The notes beneath the pieces were generated by a model. That model ran no database searches, had not been told where the DNA came from, and was given only the letters and a program-made list of their open reading frames with translations. The position numbers and the translations under genes are program-made. 64,000 bases of DNA from Chrysomallon squamiferum (Eukaryota > Animalia > Mollusca): positions 2,728,001 to 2,792,000 of the forward strand of contig CM022671.1 in NCBI GenBank assembly GCA_012295275.1. The letters run 5' to 3'. Below are positions 51,401 to 64,000 of this stretch, piece by piece. Within the stretch, counting starts at the first letter, position 1; each line of letters begins with the position of its first letter.

Positions 51401-54400
51401 TAAAAATTGAGAAAAAAAATTATATTTGAGGTTTATCCTAATTACAGTTTTGTGCATCTCCTCTATCTTACACTGACAGAGAAGGGAGGATACATCATAT
51501 ATTGAAATGGGTATAAAAAGTTTCTGTAATATCCTGGCTCAAAAAACTCATTTAAGAAACAATATTCTTACTGAGAACATGAGCTTAGTCTACTTAGCTA
51601 TGTGATTACAAACCAGTGACGTTGAGTCCCTTGATGTTTCATCCATGTCATCCATATTTTCTTTGTCGTTCTTTCCTTTAGCTTTCCTATAAATTAAATG
51701 TGATTTTAAGTTTAAATTACTAACATTAAACATTTATAACCAATTTTGTTTTAAAAATGAATATATAAAGCTTATTATTTCTAAAATGATAAAAACAAAT
51801 TGTGTAGGAGGATTGTTTCACTAAATCAAGAATTTTTTTCACAGAATATACTGTAAAATTCTAAGCTAAAATAAGTATGGCATCAAGAAAAGATTTTGAT
51901 ACAATTTATATTTAAGTTTAAAATGCAAAGCAAAATGTGATTCTTCTCATAACTGGCAAAAGAATAAACCTAGCTGTAAGGTTTCACAGTACTATTTAAA
52001 ATAAAATTTTATTTGTGAAAAAAAAAATTAATTAGTAAAAAAATGGTGATAAAATTAAAAAAAAAAAAAAAGTACAGAACATGGATCACCTTTTCCCTGG
52101 TTTTCTTCCTTTCTTTTTAACCTCTCCTGGGTCACTCTTGATCTTTGTTTCTTCAAGGTCAAAATTAGCAAGTGGTGGTTTGAAGTGTGGTGTAGCTACA
52201 AAAAAACATTATTCCATTTAAATCATTGAAATATTAATAAAAACAATATCTTATCTAGTGTGAAATCATGTATCAAAGATCAACATCAACAAAAAAAAGA
52301 AAAAAAGAGTTAAATTACATTATATATTGAATATGAGTTTTATCTTAAGCACACATATTAAATTTTTAAATTTATTTTTGAAAGCAAATGTAATGACATT
52401 TTTAACAATAACATGGTTCAGATAATGTAAACAAAAAAGACACAAAACACCAGATGAATATTTAAAATATTTTAATAACTGAAATTCAAAATCTCTATAT
52501 TCTTGATAACCAATTAAAACACCCCCAAAACTACCAATGTAAACATTCACCATAATGAATCAGTCAACTCTCTAAACCCTCAAAATGTTTCATCTTAAAA
52601 CCTTTCCCTGCATGATATCCCATCTGTTTACAAAATGACTAAATGACATAACTAAATTAAAAAACACACAAACCAATCAAGCACTTGATGAGAACTGTCT
52701 GCAGATCTGTGATATTCTTAAGTCTGGTAATGACCTTCACCTTCATTTCTATTGCTGTTTGGGTGGCAAAACTGTTAACCACCTTAAATGATAATAAAAA
52801 TAAAAATCATTAAAATAATATAGTTATTGTGATCCTTAACTAAAATGTACATCCATTTTTTGTTTTAATTTTCTGCATGAAAATGAAATGATTTTTTGGG
52901 CTAAAGGCACCTTTGTGTTACTTATCTGTCAAAGTTAAAAGAAAGAAAGAGTTTTTAAATGTTAAAATGAATCACTGATTATGTTATGTGTAGATAATTA
53001 TTACAATTACAGTTGCTTTTAAACAGTACATTTTAAGAGGTTTCAAGTTAATACTACTGGATTATATTCAGATAATGGATTCCATTCATGGGTACAGGTT
53101 TACTAGTAGTCAACACTGATTACCTCTCTAAACCAGTTGATGTTGTGAAACAGTGTCTGACAAATTATTTCTTTTTCCCTGCTTGAGAGAGATTCAAATT
53201 TGTGAAACACATCTTCCTTCACTGTGTACAGAGGACAACCTGAGCAAAAATAATTAAAAACTTAACCATATTTCAAAGTGTCAGATGAATGCAATGCTGA
53301 AATAATGATGTTCACTACATTGACAATAATCTGTAAATATTTTCATCAAAATGTATAAATGACTTAAACACAGTGGATTACTGGGTCAGACTTTCTTCTT
53401 GTACCATTTCAGAATAAATAAATAAAAAAGAATTATGTATATTGTGGACAACTGACTACTCTAATAATTATGAATGAAGGTAATTTAATGTAGCCAGCAA
53501 AAGCACAAAATTAAGAATATATATATTTATATAGAATACTGAGAATAATCAAGAAGAAAATGTAGAGAAGTTAAAAACAGAATTAAGGTTAACGTGGTGA
53601 AGATCCATGGAAACCATTTAAAATTTTGTATGAAGAACAGTTATTAAAAGCATAATTGAAAACAAGACAGGTTTATCTACTACAGTGATGATGGATTCTA
53701 AGCAATCAAATGTTACCAAGAAGAGCGTCAATTTCTTCCAGATTCCCATCCTGCTGATGTCTCTCACACATCTGAACAAGACGAAAATGAGAACAGAGAC
53801 AGAGAGGGTTGGGCATCTTTCTGTCAAAATAACAGATTGTTAAGAGGTAAGTAGAATTTCTGTCATATTATTAACATGCAATGGTGCTAAAACAAATTAT
53901 TAATAAATGAGATACGGTTTACTTGACATTATAATTATTTAAACTGTTTAAATGATTTTATTATTTTATAGATACTGTTTAAATTAAATTATCAAAATGA
54001 AAATCTGTTTTACATTTTCTTATAAATAAAATGAAATATATAAAACAGTATTAAATCTAGCAATATTGAGTATGTTATCAACGTTGTTAATGGGTATAAC
54101 CTGTCTTTGTTGTGGTTGATGCTGTTGGTGTGAGATTGTATCACTAAAGGTAAAAGATTGATGGCAATTGTGCTTTCTTGTGCATCATCAAGACCAAACA
54201 ACAATGCCAATGGAATGTCTGTTGAGCTGAAAATAAAACAGGATCAGTTAACATTTTACCATGTATTTTACTTTGTTATATGCCAAAAATCAATATTTTT
54301 TGTGTCAAGAGGTCATTAGATATTGGTATCTTATACAAAAATGCCCACAATTCCTAATAAAAACAAATTAAACAAAAGAAAAGGATAAATCAACCCACAC

Positions 54401-55369
54401 AAACATACACAAAAAAACAAAAGTAAACAAAACCAGAAAGCTTTTTTCCTTCAATAAAAAATACATTATTTATCAGAATTATATCTCTTAAAAAAATAAT
54501 AAATAAAAATTACTTCTGAATAAAATGAGATGTAATATTATTGTCATGCATTATTATTAAACGATTTAATCAGCAGAGTTAAGATCTACATTTGCACCCA
54601 TACAGGGATGAAACATCTGTAATTTTTCATTTCTGAACAAGTTATAGCTGGAATGGGAAATAATGAATAAATAAACATTTTTGTTTTTAAATTTAAATTG
54701 TTGATTAAAACTTACGAAGTTAATTTATCTTCTTCTACATCCACAACATAATCATCTTGAAAATCAGCAATAACATTTTCTGCAATCCATGTCTTGAAGA
54801 AAAAAGCAAAAAATGACAGAAATAATAATGTAGTGGCAAGAAAAAACCAACAAAAAACCGCCTGATATATTAATACAAAAAATTTTAATAAACAAATAAT
54901 AATAATAATAAACTAATACAATAAAATATCACTGGAAAAAGGAAATTACACTTCAACTTACTATATTTTAATATTTAATTTTTATTCTTGATTAAAATTT
55001 GTGAAACAAAACATGTCTTATTCTCACATAACAATGAAATGTTTTTAAAGGAAAAGATGTTTCTCAAAAATAAATAAATAAATAAAAATCCCTAACATAC
55101 TTCAACTTCTGATTTTTTCTGACCAAGACTAACAATGGCTGATAACTCATCCATGAAGAGTGCTGCTGCTTCTGGCATCTGGTTACTGCTAGTTCGAACC
55201 AGCTGAAGTAAAGTAATGACCTGTTTACTGAGGTCACTGGACAGTGTCTGGTCAGTCTGGCCACTACAAAATCAGTACAGTTGAAATAACCATTAAAACA
55301 GGTCAGAAAAGTCTCATCATTAAACAAATCTAAAAAAATGAAGTATTTTAGTCTATCTACGACTGAATA

Positions 55370-55409
<40 letters not shown>

Positions 55410-58400
55410 TTAAATAAATAAAATAACCAGATCATCACAAACAAAATTACAATCATCTACTTCACAGGAGTAAATAAAAATCTGAGTTATGTTACAAAAT
55501 GCATTCAACCACTGTAGATATCTCAGCTACTCACCCAGTGAAAACTATACTTTTACATATCATTACTGCTCCAATCACCCCCATTTTCTTGTATCTGAAA
55601 ACATAAAAAAGATAAAAAAATTAAATAGTAATAACAGTAATAATAACAATAATAATAAAAAAATGAAACAGAAAATTAAAAATACAGTAAGAAATTGATT
55701 TAAATTAACTAATACCAAAAAACATCCCCAAAGAATATGTAACTTTCAAGTTGTATTATCTTTGTGATGAAAACAGAGATAGTGAGAGACACAAACAAAA
55801 ACAAGAGAAATGGATATAAAGAGGAAAAATCTAATAAAGAAGTGCTTTTTTGGTCTCACAAAGTTTGTGATAAGAGGAAGAGTAATTAGCAAGCCGTAAA
55901 TGAAAAATGATGTAGATATCTCTTCTTTGAAGACAAATCACATGGTAGTAATGTTGTTATGGTATCGTTAAAACAAAATCAAGATATTTACTTTGGATTG
56001 TCACTTGAAAGCTGTTTTCTGATTACCATGTGAAGATCATCCTTGAAAATAAAAAAAAATTACTGTAACATATATCATTTACTTTGTCAACACACACACA
56101 TGTACAAACATATTTGTTATTATTTACATGTATACATAGATTTTTTCATTATTTAATAATAATAATAATAATAACAATAATAATTTAAATCAGAATAATT
56201 AACTGAAATAGAGATAAATATAACAATATGCTTTGGTAACTGGATTATGGAAACTAACATTTCGGCAGCTGTAAAAATCTGAATGAAATTACTTTTCTGT
56301 CTTGCTTCAGTCTGTACATTTAGATAATTTTTGTGCAAAAAATGGTTTTGTGATTAGTACATTTTTAAAATTATTTTTTAAAATTAATTTCTTATATAAT
56401 TATTGAACAGTGGTGAAATGAAAGTTGAAATTAAACCAGAGAAAACATATACCTGAACAATGCTGCCATCTTGAGGACTGTGAAAAGCAAGACAACTCAA
56501 CATTTCATACAACTTTCGAATCTGAGACACTGACAAGTTGTCCAGGTAGTCTAAAACTCCCTACATAATAAATTAAAACACCACATAAGTAAGTTTAGGA
56601 TATCTGTGAATGGATGAATTAATCAAGTTCTCTAAAACTGTCTATAAATTTTATTTTAACATTAATACAGTCTAATAAATGAAGTGGCCTGAACTTTTGA
56701 CCAAAGAGAATGAATATCATTATCCAGCTCTTTACAATTTTTCTGAAGCTTAAAAAACTGAATTTCTTTTGGAACAAAATATTTAATAAGTTAGTGGGGC
56801 AAAAAACTGTCTTTGCAGAAGACTGTTTATTATTTAATGAATTAAACAGTTGCATTAAAATTAATAAATGAAAAGTGGTTTTGAAAACAAATTTAATAAC
56901 TTATAAAAAGCTAATTAGTATTTATCAGACACTATAAAGTGAATAGTTTTACTTTGACAAAAATGCTGAAAGGACTCATGCTGTGTATGTGTTTGTGAAC
57001 AAGATCAACAAGAATATCGAGAGATGATTCCATCTCACTCTCAAAACCACTGCCTATGTGTGTCACCAGGTTACCAACAATCTCCTGAAAATACATTTAT
57101 TTTTTAAAATTCTTATATATAAATTCATACATCAAACAAAGGGTTGGTATAAAAAATGTTTAGGGAACAAGTACTTTGAAAATGTTCAGATTACTTGTTT
57201 GTCAAAAGTACTCCTATCAATAATTGCATCAATTGCATTAACTATCAACAAGTTTATTTTATTAGCAGTTAAATAAAATCAAAGTGTCTGTTGCTGGCAA
57301 GTTTTGTTTGGCTGTTCTGTGAATTATATTCTTTACACGAATATATTTATACAAAATGATCTATCTATATATATATATATCTTATTTTCTAACCTTCCAA
57401 ATATATTACATCCCTTTGAAATGCCAGAGGGGGTAATTTGTAAATATGACAGTTGCCATTTCGGACTGCATCTATTTTGTTTAGGGACAAGATGTGAACT
57501 GCTGACACAAAACTGCAAAACAATGGCATGACAGCCGGTCTAAATAAACGTGAGACGGATATTGCTGCCATCTCTTACAGCATGAAGCGAGACCTCTGTA
57601 CATGTGTAATGTGTATGTGAAAACTGCACAGATGTTACAACTTACATATGAGTTTCATGCAAATGATATGAAGCTTTAACATGACCATTCAGCTTAATAA
57701 ATGGGATTTTTTCTACTGTTATTTTGATACGCTAGGCATGCTATTTCCAGTTGTAATACATTCAGTGTAAATTATTTTTAGCAAAAACATCACAATATCA
57801 CGCACAAAAACTAGTTTTTGTTAAACTTATTTTATGAGAAAGAATTTGGGGTTTTCTTAGAGGGCTTTCTAACTGTCAGGTTTTTTTCAACCTTGTTAAC
57901 ATTCTGTTCTTTATGACTGCATGTGTATTTACCATTAAATTGTATTAAATTTTTATATTTAGGCTAGTATAACTTGATATTAAATTTGTTACTGCAATGT
58001 TTTCATCACCCCCTAAAAAAAACTAAATTCCTAGTATTATTATCCTGTTTAACATCCCTTTTTTGTAGGCATTCACTTATCCTGTGTGCCCTAGATGGAA
58101 TGATTGATCACTGAATGATATTAATATAAGATGTCACAGTGAGGCACGAAGTCATTATTGTACATACTATAAACTTGGTTTTTATTACCAGGATATTTTT
58201 TCAATTAAATGTTGTTGGTAAAAATGTTTTTCCCCTAATTCTTCATTACTAAAATATTTAGTTTATTTCCCAGTCCAACATGTAGATAGTATTGATCTGA
58301 TATTTAAAAACAAAATTAATAGTTTTCTTTTCTCACACTCATATTAAACCAAAAATATTTCACAAGGAAATCAAGAAACAGAGAATATAAAAAATGTGTG

Positions 58401-61400
58401 GCTACATTATTAAACTTAAATTATCTACAATAATTCATGTTATCTTCCAGTGTCAATGATACTTTGCTTTGGTATATATATATATATATAAACAAAATTA
58501 GTTAAATAACAACATATTGCTATGATGTTAATTTAAAATACCTGTTGGCAGAAAGTGTCGAAAGTCACAAATGTTTTCTTGTACATGGCACAGGCAAAAT
58601 GGAGGATGCATGGTTCTGGAGATCGTAATAAAACTTCAGCAATGGACAAAATGGAAGGAAAATATTCCCGAAGTATCTGAATTAAATATTAATAAATAAA
58701 TATGTTTTAATTAATAATTATGTGCTACATTATAATTTCAAATGCTTGACATTTAAATAATCCGAAGAAAAATACGTAATCCAACATAATTCAGAATTAT
58801 AATTAGAACTATCAAAAAAAATCATAAAATATTCATATTAAAAATATATACTTATAAAGAAATGTTTAAAAACACATGTTATAAAAGACAAAATTGATAT
58901 AAATTATAAAACATAATAACATCATAATAGTAATAATTTTAAATCAGAATTCTATGAAAAGTGAAAAAAAAAAACTTTACCTGTCCATGTGACTGAAATG
59001 CATCATGTAAAAAGACCTCAGTAAAAGCACCTGCTCGGATCTTGTTTCGGAACACACTCTCTACTGGCTTGCGTCGATTTGTTGAATGTAGAATCAGCAG
59101 GATAAAAATATCTATCACTTTGTGCTCAGCAGACGTTTTCAGAGAATCTATAACCTTCAATGGAAGTTGTTTATTTTATGCATAAGCATTTTTTCTCATG
59201 CCAAAAGTGTTTATAAAAGCATTTATTTTGAAAAAAAAGATTGTTAGGAATCATGAAACATTTTAACTGCACTTAGTCTCTGATCCATAAGCAAAGAGTT
59301 CATTCTGGAACAGCCAATAGCTCGAGACTTTTCAAAACAAGCAGTTTGTTACTTTTAGCAAAATAAATTCTGAAGAAAATTTCATTCAATTTAAAAATTA
59401 TTGGTGCAATTAAAAATTAAGACACAAATTGTTCACAAACTCTAACTATCTTCAGCATAAAGTGTATTTTTAAAACTGGTGTTAGAACACCAATGGCATA
59501 TTCTAATATGAATCTGACATGTCAAAAGTAAAAAGGAAATAGTCAAATTCAGTCATATATATAAAAAACACAAGTTTGGAAAATTAAATGAAGATAAAAT
59601 TTCAGTCTGCAGTTCTCAGAATACTGAACCACTTCTATTACCATGATCAAGACAAATGAGCAATTTACTATTTAATAATCTGTTAGTGCAAATCTAAAAA
59701 TAACCGTGCTCCAAGTGCCAACAAAATAGAAGGAATGTGCAAAGTCTGAATCAGTTTATGTTTACTAATCCACATTATACATCATAAACAATTAAAACCT
59801 GCAAATTATTACAACCTTGATCCATGCTTCAGCAACACTTTTCTGAAACCGAATTCCAGCTTTGATAGCATCAAGTGTGAGGACTTCATTGTCTTTGGTG
59901 ACATCATCATCAGCCACTGACCTGACAAACAAGAAAAATATTAAAACCTCAGTCATGTCCAAATGTTTGTATGAAAACACACAGAAAGAAAACATCACAA
60001 TATAGGTATATGTTGATGTTTTAAATCACTATTTTATGTGTTTCTTTAAAATATAACAAGTAAACCACTAAATACATTTTTAGATATTTGCATACATACA
60101 ATGTTTTATATATTTGTTGTCTTAAATAGTGCCTATATTGATGCTAATAAATAGACTACATATATTACAAAGAATTAAAATATATCTTTTAACTAGCAAG
60201 CAGTCTTTGTTAATAATATAGTATAATTTCAATAATGTAATAATACTCCAAGTATGTTTATTTTTTATGTATCTGTGACATCATGTTTATTATGTACCAA
60301 AATATAAGCAACTAGGAAGAGATCCAATTATTTACAGTTCAGTTTTTTAATAGAGCTTTTAACAAAAGGTTTAAGGTTTGTAAGTTTAATACATACATAA
60401 ACCATGTAAAAGTATAATAACATAAAACATTACAAATAAGTTGTTACCTTTATTTCCGTTAATAATTACTTAGAAATACTGACTATAAACTTCTTATCTT
60501 TATACCAACCTGGGATTTTTCTTTTTTGTCTTAACTGGATCAAAGCTCAAATTTGCTCTAATCTCTGATATAATCTGTTAAGGGAAAATAAAATACGAAT
60601 CAATACAAAAAGGATTAAAACTGAATTTAAAAAAATGTTCTCAAACATCTGATTTACATATTTCAGTAATATTTTTTATATCAATTTGACTAACAAGTAA
60701 TTTTACAGAGAAATGAAATAAACTGTAATATATGTTTAATTAAAAAATATAATAAAAACTGCATTCACCTCAACCGCATCATTAGATGTAACAGTCTGTA
60801 GGAGAAATTTAACAACTATTGGAAGATCTTTCATTTCAACTGAGTCCAGTGTTCTGATCACAGAGTTTCGCACCTGTTAAAAAATAAAGTTAAATCTCTG
60901 AAATTGTTGTGTAAACCTCTAACATGCAAACTATGTCTTTAACTTTTAGAGTACAGGATTAACACCGAACAAAAACTGTGCTAGTGAGTACATTAATGTG
61001 CAAATGTATTATTGTATTGTAACATTTAGACTACTGGAACAATGTAGGGTAAAACTGGTGTACATTCATTCATCTATTTTGACTGAAGAATTTCATGTTT
61101 TAATCTTGTTAAAAATTCAACCAAATCTTTTTTTTTTTTTTTATAAATGTGAATTTATTTTTGCACATTTATCATTTGCTTGCATCAGTATTTATGTCCG
61201 TTATTTTGATTCTTGTAATACTTTGAAACTGCTTATAATAAATAAATAAATAAACAAATATGATTCAAATCCAAATGTTTTAACTTTACAAGAAATAAAC
61301 AGTAAAATTTGAGCTCTAAATTTCTATAAATTTTTACTTCAGTCAGTAATTCAGGTTTCAATGCCAAGTTTGACAGAGCATCCAGAATAGGAACAGTCAG

Positions 61401-63627
61401 CTGATTTCCTTCCAGTAAAATATCTCTGAAATAAATAAATACATATTTTTTCTTGTTAAAATATAAAATGGTATAAATTAAATAAAATAAATAAATAAAA
61501 AAGTGAAAGAAAAAGGAAAAAGAAGTGTAAATTAAACCATACAAATATGTAAAGAAAAAAAAGCAGAAAAAAAAGCAAAAGAATAATATTAAAAAAAAGC
61601 TAGAAGAAAAACCAAAAAATATTCTGATAAACGTGAAATAATAATTACTAGTATAAAAAAAAATATTTCAGATAAACAATTAAATTTCATTAATATTTTT
61701 CCTTTTCCAACTTATTAAACTTGGCTGTTTTTGAAAACACAGTTTTCTTTGAAGTACCTTAGAGTTTTAGCAACATCTCCATGTTCTGTATCTTCAACAA
61801 CCTCAGGCAAACAACAGATCACTTCTCTCTGAACATCTAATGACGTCACAGGAATTATCTCTAATAGTTTCATAGTCAAATCCTGTAAAAGTCAACAGTT
61901 TGTAAATAACCAGTTTATTTTGTCTCTGTCAGCAGAATATTTTTAAACCATTTCAAAATCTAGTCTTGAAACAATCAAAGGATGCTGACATTTTAAATAC
62001 TTTCTGTGTACCTGCATGTGAGAGAGGCATAGACATGGAAATTAATTTTCAGGTAAAAGTCAGATAATCTGAATCTAAATTACTTTGTCCATCTGTGCAT
62101 GTGTATGTCTATGTGACATGAATTATCTTAGTTTCAAAATCAAATACTGAAACAGCCAAAAACATTCAAAATACTTTATTTCACTTCAAGTATGCATGTG
62201 CACATGGATATCATTTGAAAACTAGTTTTGAAACCAAATCATGTAACTGTCAGATTTACTAACAAAGAATGTTTAATCTGTCCATGTGAATATTTTGTAT
62301 GTCACTGTTGTCAAGTCATAAAACAATCAACAGATAAAAGAGAATTAAAAGGACACTGAAACTTGCTGATATAAACAAAAAGAAACCTTGCTGCAGATAA
62401 CACGATCCAGCCATCTAAAACTGACTAAGCAGAAGGCGTGGAAGAGATACTTTTTCTCCATGATCAAAAATATTACTGTAAAATGAATAGAAAATAGTTT
62501 TAATTAATTACTTGTACTATGCATCTATTCAGTATTTAGATTCCATTATGAAGTCTGTCTGGTTGTTAGCTGAGTCAAACTAGTGTTCAATTTAGTCTGT
62601 GAACCCAGTTTTGTAACTGACAAATTAATTAAAACAAATTTCTATTTATTAAAGACATGTTTCAGTAAATAATTTAATTATTTAAGGCAATAAAACTATG
62701 TTAATATTTTAATAAGATAGATGTGTGATTTTTAAGAAAATGAAGTCTTTCTGATCACTATTAAAAATAAAGAATGAATGAATAATATTTTAATAACATC
62801 TTAAATTTGTTTTTATTAAATCATTGTGACAAGTCATTATAAAGTCTTTGTAATAGCAAAATGATATAATCATTTAATTAAACACACTAATGTAAATTGT
62901 AATCACTTACTCTTCTTCTCCAACAAACTCAGGAAGCTTTTCAAGTAACAGACACACCAGTTTAGGCTAAATCAAAAAATATTAATAAAATGTAGAAATT
63001 AAACATGAAAAAAAAAAATATATAAATTATAAATCAATAAAGAATTAAAATATGAAAGTTAGTTAAAGACATCAATAAAGATAAACAATAACTATCTTGA
63101 TCTGGGTTTTTTAATCAATATCATTATTTTTTTTGAATCAATTTAGAATTAAAATATGAAAGTCTGAAATTAAAACAAGTTAAAGACATTAATATTTCCA
63201 GTTGGATAAATCAGTAAATACAAACAAGAGCTGTCTTGATCTGTTGTGAGAATAATGTAAATCTTTGTAAATGATTTCCTTAAATGATAACTATCATGTT
63301 CAGTAAATGCAGAACACAGTTGTATTTTGTAGATTTCAAAGTGAATTTCTTGTCAAACGGTATAAATCTATTTTATGTACTTTCAAATCAGTTCTGCTTC
63401 TATTCAAAGACTATCCCTACTTATACTCACAGGGTCTAAATAGTTTTGAAAATTACTTGAAGGAGCTGATTTATTTATTAACAGTATAAATATATTTCAG
63501 ATTTAATATTTTTTACTTGTATTAATTTATTCATAATTTATTGTAATTAAAATAACACAATTTTACCTGTATAATATCTATGCCAAGCAGAATTCTCACC
63601 AAACTATTCTGAATAGATGATCGAGCA
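45437..63627 (-). pseudogene. FANCD2: FANCD2 copy 2: frameshifted and apparently 3'-truncated (5' part beyond the right edge)
   Basis: 47306-64000 is collinear with 1-~16680. Extra downstream exons: 46870-46963 (RSSFPVYYRVVFSE), 46398-46469 (QLIRWSIAVKILHVLVNLIK), 45818-45856 (IFDSRSIVGAALK), 45437-45577 (NGRQFVDVFL...HHLSSHSK). A 1-bp insertion gives TAG at 62415-62417. Confidence 0.8.
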
Positions 63628-63672
63628 CTTAAAAAAAAAAAAAGAGAAAAATATATATAGACACAACACACG

Positions 63673-63714
<42 letters not shown>

Positions 63715-64000
63715 AAATACCCACACATGATTAGAGTATAAATACTTTATAAATATTTGCCATACTAATTTAATAAAATTTGTGACATTTTAAGATTTCT
63801 TGTTATTATTTGCATGTTATATATATATATTTTTTCAAACATTTTATTTAATATCACATGATGTTAATATGACCAATCAAATTAACTATCACAATGTCTG
63901 AAAATAAGGAGAGAAAGTAAAAAGAAGGTAACTACATCTTGTACTTTTTATTGTTACATTTTTAAAATTAATTTCTTTGCTGTAAATAAAGACTGACAAT
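47306..64000. repeat. Segmental duplication (or second haplotype) of 1-~16680, offset ~47.3 kb
   Basis: 'ctggtaagagaaggaaagg' at 1 and 47306; introns and exons align throughout, and many ORF-track peptides recur nearly identically. Confidence 0.97.
63676..63710. repeat. (AC)n microsatellite, longer than at the copy 1 site (~16376-16389)
   Basis: Visible AC run. Confidence 0.9.

Overview
AT-rich metazoan genomic DNA with spliceosomal introns (probably an invertebrate, mollusc-like; the taxon cannot be fixed from sequence alone). 1-21.8 kb: an intact multi-exon FANCD2 gene on the minus strand. 36 coding exons reconstruct in phase, including the VIRKQLS monoubiquitination site and one GC-AG intron; the gene runs off the left edge. 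21.9-24.4 kb: a locally duplicated segment with decayed exon-like pieces, then a 200-N scaffold gap. 24.6-35 kb: repeat-rich intergenic DNA with a Tigger-like MITE, a Mutator-like transposase relic between ~400-bp inverted repeats, three copies of a local repeat and microsatellites. 35.3-42.9 kb: a plus-strand gene for an ~809-aa uncharacterised GTPase. Its architecture is a short amphipathic N-terminus, 12 coding copies of a 14-aa unit amplified from the first strand of the adjacent FN3 domain, FN3, a septin/AIG1-like GTPase, coiled coil, an 8-Cys/His module and coiled coil. 45.4-64 kb: a second, highly similar FANCD2 copy with a frameshift/stop and no detectable terminal exons (duplicated pseudogene or uncollapsed haplotype). 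All calls are by eye; no searches were run.
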